Shown here piece by piece: positions 28,201 to 40,200 of a stretch of DNA of 64,000 bases. The notes beneath the pieces are model-generated. The model ran no database searches and had not been told where the DNA came from. It was given only the letters and a program-made list of their open reading frames with translations. A program made the position numbers and the translations under genes. This DNA comes from Octopus vulgaris (lineage: Eukaryota), in NCBI GenBank assembly GCA_951406725.2, contig OX597814.1, forward strand, positions 20,770,001 through 20,834,000, read 5' to 3'. Position 1 is the stretch's first letter. Each line of letters starts with the position of its first letter.

Positions 28201-31200
28201 GAAACTCAGCCACTTCACCTCTGTGAGGCCCATTCAAAAGGAACTCAGCCACCTCATTTCTGTGAGGCCCAACACTTGAAAGGAACTCAGCCAATTTGCC
28301 TCTGTCAGCAATTATATATACGAGCAATTACATGAAATTTTTTATATGAAATTTTTAAAACTATATTATCTCTAAGAAAATGTTCATCCAAAATACAAGA
28401 AATTTAATTATAAAATCTACTTACCATTTTTAAAGATGTATGAAAAGTTTTGAGAATCCATTACATCTTTTCCTGGGGGTAAAACCTGAAGATACTACAA
28501 ATATAAAGTGCATAAAATGTAAAAGAAAATAGCTGAGGAAAAAAAATATACTACAAGCTAAAAGTGATAAATTTTACAAATTAAATTTACTCCCATGTAC
28601 GTGTGCATATGTGTGTTTGTATGTGTATGCATGCAAGTAAACATGTATAAAGAAGTAATATATACAAGTATGTTTGTGTGTGTGTGTGTGCACAAATGTA
28701 AATATATATAAAAGAGTAATATGTATGCTCCATGCTTGGATGGGTTGGATGAGGACTAATTTTGATATTTTTTTTATTTCATGAGTCTTAGAAAGTTCAG
28801 AGTATTCAGTAGTAATGTGAACTAAGAATGTAAACATCATATCACTTTTTCACTCACATGGTGACAGCAAAACTGTGGAATGTCTACATTAAATTATTAA
28901 CCATCTTACAAACAATAACTCTGAGCACCTTTTCAAACTCCACCTGTCTAACACCCATGGACATGTTTACAAAGTCAGAAAATAGCACAGCTCCCATGAC
29001 TTTCGGAAACATTTTTTCACGCTGAGAGTTGAAGTATGGAACAAACTGCCGGCATCAGTTGTTAGTTGTCGGAGCACTGCATCCTTCAAAACTTCCATGT
29101 TTCCTAAGATTTGCCAACACTACACCTGATTTTCTCCCCTCCATACATATGCAAGCATGTATCTGACTCATACACTGTTCACTTTCCAGACATTTGTACA
29201 TCACTGCATATGCTTTACATGCACTTTTGACATGTTGTGGTGCACCTGAGCACTATATACAATAATTTCATTATTATTATTTTAACACACACACACCAGA
29301 CTTCTATACAGTTTTTGTCAACCAATTACACTCAAATACACAAAAATACAAAGACATAACAGGCTTCTATACAGTTTCTGTCAACAAATTCCCCTCACAA
29401 GGCAAGGTTGATCTAGAGTGAGAGTAGTAGATATTTGCCTAAGGTGTCAGCATATATGATTATGTACACATATTGATTCATAAGTACACTGTATTTGTGT
29501 CATCTCTCTCTTTCATATGTATGTGCGGAGGGTGCAAAAATTTGCATGATTTTTATCTTTAATATCAACATGCTGTAACAAAGAAAGAAATGTTTTTGAT
29601 ACAATTTTTTCTTAAATGCAACACAATATACAATAATTTCATTATTATTATACAATAATTTGAATAATTGCAATGAAAGGTTGCTTCATTTCCATTAAAG
29701 AGTGAAAACTACCCCAACATCGAAAGTCAAATCAGAAAAGATGCTCACTGTAGTAAAGACATTTTGTGAATTAAATTCTCATTTTTGTATCATAGATATA
29801 TACATTAGGAACTAATCAGGTTTCTCACATACAGAATTACAAAACAATATGCTTTTTGTAAAGCCAAAATCCTACTAGAAAGGGATGTGTTCTCACAGAG
29901 AGGCAGTGAAGTATTATGTTCAACTCTTGAAAAACTAATATACTTTTCTGTACTCTAAGATAGCTGAAATCATTCTTACTGTCACAAAACATTGATGAAG
30001 ATATGAACTTCATGAATGCAAGCCTCTTTTCCCTCCTTTTATTCAGGTAACAACCTACATCATTGTTTTTGGTCCTGTAGTCAAAGTAGTCCATTAATGG
30101 CATTGGTTATGTAAAAAAAAAACAAAAAAACACTCATGTAAAATGATACTGTTGTCCTAATGCAGCGGAGAAAAATGGATCCACAAGCCACTCTAAATTA
30201 CAAGTGATACATGGAGGACGAAGTGTTTAGTTTTAAAAGACTTGTGGTTTATCATGATTATAATCTCTCTTAGTGATGGTGGCACAACACACCCAGTTCA
30301 TGTAATAAGTTGTTGATTATAGGAAGATATAAAAGAATAAAATCCAGGTCAATTAACTGTACAGCATAACACATTGGGTTGTAACACCAACTGCGTTAAC
30401 TGTGTAGACTGATATCAATTGATGTTTGAAGATGATTATAATTAACACCATATTTGTCATGTGAACAAGTATCACAGTTCCTAAAAAGAGATAAAATCTT
30501 TGTAATCATTCTTCAACATGGATGAAATGTTTTTAAGAAAATTGAAGACATTTGTATACTTGCTTAAAGACAAAATGAATGAAATTTGCATACTTACAAT
30601 TAACTGATCTTGTAATGACTCTTTGGCTAACATACTTTGTACAACATTGGTACGATCTAGGCAATCAATGCAGTTTGTCCGGAAGACACCATTCTGCTGT
30701 GTTAAGGTAATGCCATCTCGCGATGAAGAGAAAAATCTATAAATATATAAGTTTCTCCATTATACATTAAAAGAATAAAACAAATGTTGAGTGATAAACA
30801 TTTTATAAATTGTCATTTGAAACCTATAAAAGAATAAAAATATCGATTCTTGGTTACCAATTTTGAAATTTGCATTTTTCACTCTGCCCTAATCCACCCT
30901 CCTTCCCATCCCAAAGTGTTTCTCTTCTCTTCCTCACATTTCCTCTTCACACACTATGATTATCTCTTACTCCCCAATCCAGTCCTTGCTACCCTGCTCA
31001 CTGTATCGGTGCAACCACCCTCTACATACCTAGATTCTCACCAGTCATAGTAGTCCCCACCCCCAACTCAGTCCTCACTACCCTGCTCACTGCATCACCA
31101 CTTCCTCCTGTCTCCTCCCCCTCTATATACCCAGATTCTTTCCAGTCACTGCATTCTCCCACTCCCGACTCCTTAGCAATACCCTGCCAGCACCTGCCAC

Positions 31201-34200
31201 AATTAATCTCCCTCTTCCTTACTCTACCATTCCATCTATGCCCTGATCCCCATTCCTTGCAAGTATACCCTGGCACTTGCTGCTATCCCTCACCTGCTCT
31301 CTCTCACTTTCCCTCTGGCTGAGTAATCATGTATCTCCTCTACAGCAACAAACCTGTTTCTACCCTTATTCTTGTTAACTCTTGGTCTCTTTCTCTCCCT
31401 CTCTCTGGCTGGGTAACCATGGACCTCCTCTACAGCAAGATATCTGTTTCTGCCTCTCTCTCACATTCTAATCTTTCATCATCTGACACAAGATCACCTC
31501 CTCTAATGCCCCCTCCCCTCTCAAAGACGCTTTATCTTGCAAAGCCAGTGCAGGTGCCACTTAAAAAGCACCCAGTCCACACTGTAAGGTAGTGGTAGGC
31601 ATTTAGAAAGGCATCCAACTATAAAACCATGCCAAAACTGACATGCCACATAAAAAGCACTCAGCCCACTCTACAGAGTGGTTGGTGTTAGGATGGGCAT
31701 CCAGCTGTAAACACCATGCCAAAACACATTCAGAAGTATGGCACAGGTTCCTGCCTGGCCAGGTCTTGTTAAACCATCTAACCCATGTCAGCATGGAAGG
31801 AGGATGTTAAATGATGATGATGGCGATAAGCACTCTTATACAGTTAGAGGAGAAATGTGGCACAAAAAAAATTTTAAGTGTACAATCATAACAGGTGTAC
31901 AGGCACAGGAGTGGCTGTGTGGTAAGTACCTTGCTAACCAACCACATGGTTCCGGGTTCAGTCCCATTGCATGGCATCTTGGGCAAGTGTTTTCTGCTAT
32001 AGCCCCAGGCCGACCAATGCCTTGTGAGTGGATTTGGTAGACGGAAACTGAAAGAAGCCTGTCGTATATATGTATATACATATATGTGTATTTGTATGTG
32101 TGTGTGTTTGTGTGTCTGTCCCCCTAGCATTGCTTGACAACCGATGCTGGCGTGTTTACGTCCCCGTCACTTAGCGGTTCGGCAAAAAGACCGATAGAAT
32201 AAGTACTGGGCTTACAAAGAATAAGTCCCGGGGTTGATTTGCTCGACTAAAGGCGGTGCTCCAGCATGGCCGCAGTCAAATGACTGAAACAAGTAAAAGA
32301 ATAAAGAGTAAAAGAGTATAACAACACAATAGAAATTGAAATTATATTACACTGATGAGAGATAAAAGAAATACTCACCCTAATTCTTTTCTTTCTTCAC
32401 GTATCAAATCTATTAGAATTGAAAGCCTCTCCCATCGCATATTTCGACATTCATGATGAAAATCAAATGCTTCATACCTGCAAAAGTTAATAAAATCTTT
32501 ACTTTAAAATGTGTATATAAATCCTCATCTGCAAAATTAATTTACAATATTTTGTGCTGCTACATATGAAATTATAAGTATATATGTGTAGAGGTGTGTA
32601 TGTATGGTGGAAGAATGTTACTATTTAGCATAAGGGAAAAGGTAGATCCCATAATACTTGTAGCTTCTCCCACACTGGTGAAGTTGGCAGCTGATGTTCA
32701 GCTTGAACTCATACAATTTGCTGTCAGTTGGAAAACTTTAAGCTGAGAGAGAACATTCCAGAGGATCATAATTCTGAGAAGGAAAAATTAGGGATAGCAT
32801 GCAGTATAGGGTCTGGCAGTAAAGCTGATAAAATGAGGAAAGTCTTATCACCTACAGATTGTTAATTCAGAAGAGTAGAAAATGTAGCTAAAGAAAAGAC
32901 ATGTTAGGGAGTGTAACACACAGTTGAATGAAGGCTTGCCTATCAGCAGTCAACATGTGTACAGTATTTGAAGACAACAGCAGGAATACTGTTGAAAGCA
33001 GTCACTTTGTCAAGCTGAAGTGATCATGAAAGCTTTCTCTTTAAGCTATTGAGAGAGAGAGAGAGGGGGGGGGGGATTGTGTGGTAGCTTTGTTCATAGG
33101 GGTAAATGAGGTTGGCTGATGCATGGCTGCTTGGTGATTAATGTATTTTGGGAGGGAACATATAGAAGGGTTGAGTTATTATAGAGTGGCAGCCTTTAGA
33201 ACCACTTGTTTATACACAAGATAGTACAGCCCATCTCCATGATGGGCTATTCTATCCACATGTAATAAACCAAGATACTCCATAGAGATTCATTACATGA
33301 GTGAGCAGAAATCTTGTAAAGTGTGCTAGGTGTAGGTGTGCATGTGTGTGTATGTTTGTAGACTTGGTAGGAGCTGCTATTAGTTTCTTTCTTTTTTTTT
33401 TTTTAATTCGTTATCCAATATCTATTTGCATAGATGGCATCCTAGTATGTTTGAGGATAATATATGAAATAAAATATTGTCTATATGTGTCTAAGATTGA
33501 AACTGGTCTGGCTGATTCCTTTTCACCATTCATGAAGTTACTGTATACAAAGTCAAGGAGTTTGCACCTGTCTACTAGAGATAATATTAACTAAAATTCA
33601 TGAATATTTTCTGTAATACAGTGACCCATTGAAATAAAATATTTTTAAGGTATCGGTAATTTATTTGCCAGTCCACAGTCAAATCGTCCAACCCATGCTA
33701 GCATGGAAAGCGGATGTTAAACGATGATGATGATGTAGAAGTTATACTACACTCTCGGAGTGGTTTGCATTAGGAAGGGCATCCAGCTGTAGAAACATTG
33801 CCAGATCAGATTGCACCTGGTGCAGCCTTCTGGCTCACCAGTCCTTGATCAAACCATCCAACCCATGCAAGCATGGAAAGCAGACGTTAAATGATGATGA
33901 TGACTGAGGATAGAAAATATGGTACAAGTAGTTTTACAAGGTGATGGATATGCATGTTGTCAGAAGCAGTTGTTTAGCAGGTGATGATAATTAAAAGGAA
34001 GCTCAAAAGGAGGATGTTTGCTACATGTACAATGTGGAATTGGAAGTAAGGTGGATAACAAATGTAGTAGTTTTAGCTGCTGAGATATAAAAAAATACTG
34101 CAGTTAGAATCAAGCAGGATTAAACCCTCCTGGCCAGAATATGCAGCAGTAATAAGGAAAAAATGAGAACATATATACTGTGCATAGCTCTATTGATGAT

Positions 34201-37200
34201 TTTCTTGCGAGTAAAGCTTGAAAACTAAATATTTTGTAATGAGGTGTGCCTATCAAAACTATTCTTTGTAATGCAGGTACTTCATACAGTAAGCTGAACA
34301 ATGTTACAAGAATCTCATTTATTTTCTTGCATTATTCTTGCATTATTTCTACACTATCATCTGGCCAATAGCCATTCCCATTTTTGCCCCAAACTAATCT
34401 GTTCTCTGTTTAAACTTCTGAACTCATATATAGATCAGCCAGTCTCTTTCTAACTGTTTAAATTTTTTCCTCATCCAGACCTAATTTTGAAGTAATGGAA
34501 GCTCTGCAAAGAATCATGACACTGGCCTGCCTCCACCAAGCCATTTAAGAAGCAAAAAAGAGAATACTACTGCTTTTCCTATTATTGCTTTTCAGAATTA
34601 GCTAGCTGCATGCTTCCTTCACCCGAGACCACGCAACACACTTATACTGTCTCCTCAGACACACACTAACCATTATACCCAATCCTTTATTCCCAGAAAG
34701 TCAACTCTCTGAAATTTTTTTTCTGCCATGTTTTTTTACAGTTGTTGACCTACAGCTGTTCAAGTTGAACACAAACTGCAACTATTTCACCAGTGTTGGA
34801 GAGCCTTTGAATGTTACAGGTACAAACTAATTCCATCTGGTTAAAAATACAAAAAAAAATGTAGTTTTAAAATCTTGATCTAATGCTTCTCTTGCAAGTG
34901 AAAAGGGCTTTGGGTTAACCATCATTAGCTCTCAATGTAACACAGAATTAGCTGATGAATGCTTAGTGGTTACCACAAACTCAACATATTTGAAAAGCGT
35001 AGGTGTTAGATACTAATTCAAAATGGTTTTATTTATCGAAGCCTAGAAAGACTGATAATCAATATTGAGAACCAGCTTTTTAGTTCATAACGTACTCTTA
35101 AAATCTTACACTAGAAACTGAAACAAAATTTATTTACAAATATGAAATTGGAAAAACTAGTATGTTCATGTATATTACGGAGGAGACAGCACAGGCAGTA
35201 GAGAGCCACATACATGTTCAGTGCACTCTCTTTAGACTTGATAATATAGATACCTATAAGAGACTAAAGTTAATTCTATTGCCTCACACTCTCTCCTTAC
35301 AAAAAGACTCTTGTGTCACATGAAAAGAAATAAGTATGTTCATTTACCTTTTTTATTAATTGTTCTGAGGAAAAGGGGTAGCGCCCATAGCCTTTTTATG
35401 CCATTCTAGACTGAGGTGTAAGCATAACTGAATGAGATTAGTGTGAGGAATTTTCAATTTAAAAGATGAAATTCTGAGAAGGACAAAACACAGTGGAGGT
35501 GGTGGAGACAGGAGCAGCACAAATGGGTGTATCATATGTTTCAGTCACTAGGTGGAGAGGAGTAGAAATGGTTTTAAGGACATTAGAAAAATAAGAGGAA
35601 GGGCACATCTTAATAGTGGATTATGAAATATGAGGAGTTAAAGCTTGATTATCTCTAAATTTTTGAGGGGTTGTAATCTACAGTGTGTTTGGAGGATATA
35701 TTATCCCAAATGTACAGCAATATTCTAATCTAGCATATATTATGCTTTGTATAGGATAATCTGATGTTCAAGGCTGAAGTATTTTTTGTCTCTGAAGACA
35801 AAATCCAACCAAGTGAAGAATGTGTAGTTACCTTGAAAGGATATTTGATGTTGTAAAGTTGAACATTGATAGGGAATACAACAATAGTAACTGTGAAATG
35901 TTCATGAATACAAAAGCTACATGATGGTCTAGGTAGCAACCAGAAAATAACACAAGCCTACCAATTGTCTTATAGCATGAATAAACTTCATTCAGTTTTA
36001 TGATAAGCATTATCTACTTTATGTTCTTCGATATCAAAGTGTAAAAGAAAATGACAAAATGTCTTAAATATTCAGTTATTTTAGTTTGGAAGAGATGTAA
36101 TTTTACAACCTGATATCTTTGTTTGCAGCATTTACTATCATCTGTGCAAAGGCCTTTTCCAAGTAACCCTCAGGTTTTTTATGATCAATCTAAAATATTG
36201 AAAAGATTACATTAGATAAATATCACATTTTACATGTTGGCTGTGTTTCTCTAAAGGAGTAAGCTAAGATAAAAAGCTATAGTAACTTTATTCTACAGTA
36301 ATTATTACTAATATGCACAACAATGAGAATCTGATCAATTAATATTTGGATAAATATTAATCATGAGATCTTAAAATACATACATGTGATTAAATCTTTA
36401 TTATATATTTTATCATTTCATAAAGTTTTTGTTCTTATTAAGTTATCATAAGGAAATGTAATATTTAGGATAATTTTTCTAGAGTTGAAGAAAGAAAATA
36501 TTAGCATTGCAGGATATCTGAATTAACAATCCACCTGAACAGAAGAACTAATTTGATAATTTCCCATTGTAGCTTAAACAACAATAGACACTGCACTGTC
36601 ACTACATACATCTGTTTTATCCACAATTGAATCGGCTGGACAAATCTTCTCTAGAAAAGCATCTTGCCTCTTGTGGCCCAGCATCATCTCTTTTGTGAGT
36701 TTCACTAATCTGAAATCAGACCTCATTACTTTTTCCATTTTCTTTTTTTTAAGATTCCCTCCACTAGGATCACTCAGCACTTCTGGATCACTTTAAAATC
36801 TTATCAAGAGACTTTTATATAGACATTACCTAGCTGTATTTGCTAGTATGCATTAGATTACCTTCCCAGGTGTCCCAGGTCTGTATATACAGACTGATGT
36901 AGCCATTTTTCTCATGACTTTACTGATCTTAAATGCATGTATCTTCTACAATTAACCCACAACACTTTTCATGATACATACATTAACCATTTTTATCATT
37001 AATCTGTTGATTATCTTACAAATGTCAATCACAGCCTTTAAGCTAATTGTGTTTAATTAACCAAAGATCAAACTTTATTCAAAATTAGTGTTGTATATCC
37101 AACATATTTTCTCTCATCTACCACAAAAAATTACCTAGCATAACAGATTTCTCTATTCCAATCTAATCAGGAAATGTAAAAAAAAAATTCCCAAGATGCC

Positions 37201-40200
37201 AAAATATTTTCTAAAAATAACCCTCTGTATACTCTTAACTTCTTATGATTGGCATTTATCCAATTACCAAACTGTAATAGAAAAGTCATTATCTTTCTGC
37301 CTGTTCTGTTGCCTTACAAGTGTTCTCCTCTTTGTGGTCACTACATAGCTTATCAAAGCATGCACAGTTTCTCATCCATTTATTTGTAACAAAATGAATG
37401 CTTTCTTTATCATTGATCCTCTCAAATTTCCACATGGTATCTTATAAATTGAAACATATCATGTCCCTTGTCCCCAAATCTTTGAATATTGGCTAAATCC
37501 TACTCTACTTTTAATTTACTCTCTTCTTCCAATTCTTATACATTTACCAGTAATTTTTAATAGTTAGTGTTCCACTAATGTATTCTTCACTATTGGTTAG
37601 CTCAATTGGCTTCATCCATAATAGGTTATTCAACAGAAGCACCCACCTTTCCTTTATAAGTTTGCTTTCTCACAAAACAGATTAACCACTTGCTCATAAT
37701 GCATGTCACTTGATCATTACAAAGTCATTCTTCATCTTCTATAACAAAATTTATTGTAAAGCTCAGTTCTTCACAAAGAGCAATGGTGGTAATAATTTTA
37801 TTTTGTTTTTGATCTAGGACAATCCTAATTTATCTAGCAGTCTTCCCCGTGTCATATGAAAACAATTAGCTTATAACCTTCCTGAAATTAATGTTACAGA
37901 AGATTATGTTCACATGAGGAATCTTGTGTCTTCTGCATTACAGATACAATGGTTTTACACTTCATACATACATTTCTTAACATAATCATTGAAATCTCCT
38001 GCTTTCTTTCAAAGGTGTTTTTCTTTCAGAATATTGATTGCTGTGAAAACAATGGCTGTCATATTTTGTATAAATAACCCAGACATTAGTCATATTACAA
38101 ATCAACTTCTCTATTATAAAACTGATGAGGAAGTTCCTACTGTTGCTTGACCTGCCATACATAGCCGGTAAATCTTCCTCACACTGCATTAAAAAAAATG
38201 ACAAAGTGGATTTAATGGTCTTGAGGCCACTGTCCCAAGGAAAAGATGAGCAGGTTAAAGCAGGAATACTTTCGACCATAGGTGTGCATGATCAGGGCTA
38301 ATATGGATTTTTCTCTCCCAAGAGTATAATTAATCTCCTATTTCCATTGTAGCAACTTATAATAAACCTTTATCAGTAGTAATATGACGTCATGGTCATG
38401 TTGGCCAAATAGGTATAATTGTTAGTTTCCCATTGGTTAAAATTACTGCCCATATTTGAATTCTAACTTGCATCAAAGAGAAATCTTTATGAAATACAGG
38501 TCTTAGAATTCAGGTATGAGCAGTTATAAAAATCCTGATTTTTGGGAAATTAATCAGTGTTCATCGGTTGTCATTCGATTCCACGACACTCACTTTTATC
38601 TTTTAAACTCTTGTAGCTTACTTATGGAAGAATTAGTTAATATAAATTTTATGTCGTAACTCTCTATGACAGTCTTCTTTTGACTTATAAAAATGTACTG
38701 TAAATATTAAATGTACGTAAATAAACTAATTTAGTAAATAATTTCTTTTTCTTCATTTTCTTCAACCTGTTGATGAAATGTATTTCTGTAACTATGAAAC
38801 TGTTATTATAGCTGTGAAAAAGAGTGAGCTTTATTATCTTCAACATGCATGCACATTCAGTGTCTTGGTGTGTGTAACTCACCACAGCAGTTATGTAGTC
38901 TGAGCTAGGATTTATGCATGGTGATAGATACTTATAATTAAGTTATAAGTGACGGATTTATCACCATAATTTCCTACTCAAGAAATAATTATATTTATTA
39001 TCTCTTCCAAGTCAAAACCGTTATAAATTTGTGACAAACCAATGTGGATTCCGAATTCTACTCAGGAAATTATAATTAAGTTATAAGTGACAGCTTTATC
39101 ACCATAGATTCCTACTCAAGAAATATTTACATTTATTATAATTTCAAGTTGAACACATGATAAATAGATAAAATCATCTAAGTGTTATAGATAAATTTCC
39201 ACTCATCATTTCTTCTTAATACTAACGCCTGTTATAAACTAGGCGATCAATCAACCATTATAAATTGGTGACCACAACGTGATTCTGAATTCTATTCTTA
39301 ATCATAAGTATTTATTACCATTCATAAATCTTAACTCAGGCTGCGTAAACGCTGTATGTTGTTTCTGGTGCCTTGAATTTTTTTGGAAAGAAGGATAATA
39401 GTTGCCAAGAACCACAATGAAATTGTTGTAAAGCTCCACCAATTCCAACATTGGAAGCATCAACTACCAACAATAATTCTGCTTCAGGAACCAGATGGTT
39501 TAAGAGTGTTGCTTCACAAAGTTTTTCTTTTATGCAATGAAAAGCCTGTAATTCTTTATCTTTTAAAGTTATAGCTTCATTTTTCTTTTTCCTATTCTTT
39601 AATAATTCAGTTAAAGGAATGCAATGTGGAATGATTCATCTGTAAAAATTAATGAGTCCTAAAAATTCTCGAAGCTTTCGTAAAGAATTTGGTACTGGAA
39701 ATTTGTTAATAGCTTCAACTTTGTTGTCAGGCAGTGGACGAATTCCATCTCTATCAATGAGACGACCTAAAAAAGATATAGTGCATTCACTGAAAACACA
39801 CTGATGGATTTATCACTATACCATTTTTAGTCAGTCTTTCGAAAATTAGTTTTAAGTGATTTTCATGAACTTCTTTTGATGGACTAGCAATGAGAATATC
39901 GTCTATATAAGCAAGTACAAAAGGTAAATCTCTTGTTAGTTCGTCGATGAATCTCTGGAAAGTATTTGCTGTTTTCTTCAATCCAAAAGGCATATGAAGG
40001 AATTCATACAACCCAAATGGAGTTGTAATTGCTGTTTTTGGTATATCACTCTCTTCAACAGGAATTTGATTGTATGCTCTAATTAAATTTATCTTTGAAA
40101 AGATATTGCAACCACTCAATGAAGCTGCAAAATCATGGATATGGAGAATTGCTGATAAAGGTTTATTATAACTTGCTACATCATAATTAATATCAAACCA

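Noticed and set aside
28002-28305. CRISPR-like array of palindromic repeats
   Set aside because: Units are contiguous with no unique spacers, no cas genes, eukaryotic intron; derived from RTE sequence
27619-28327. ORFs of 152 and 129 aa with 13-aa repeats as a novel protein
   Set aside because: Open frames are a by-product of the stop-free 39-bp minisatellite and RTE tail
31910-31990. tRNA genes suggested by A/B boxes
   Set aside because: These are tRNA-derived SINE heads without a complete cloverleaf
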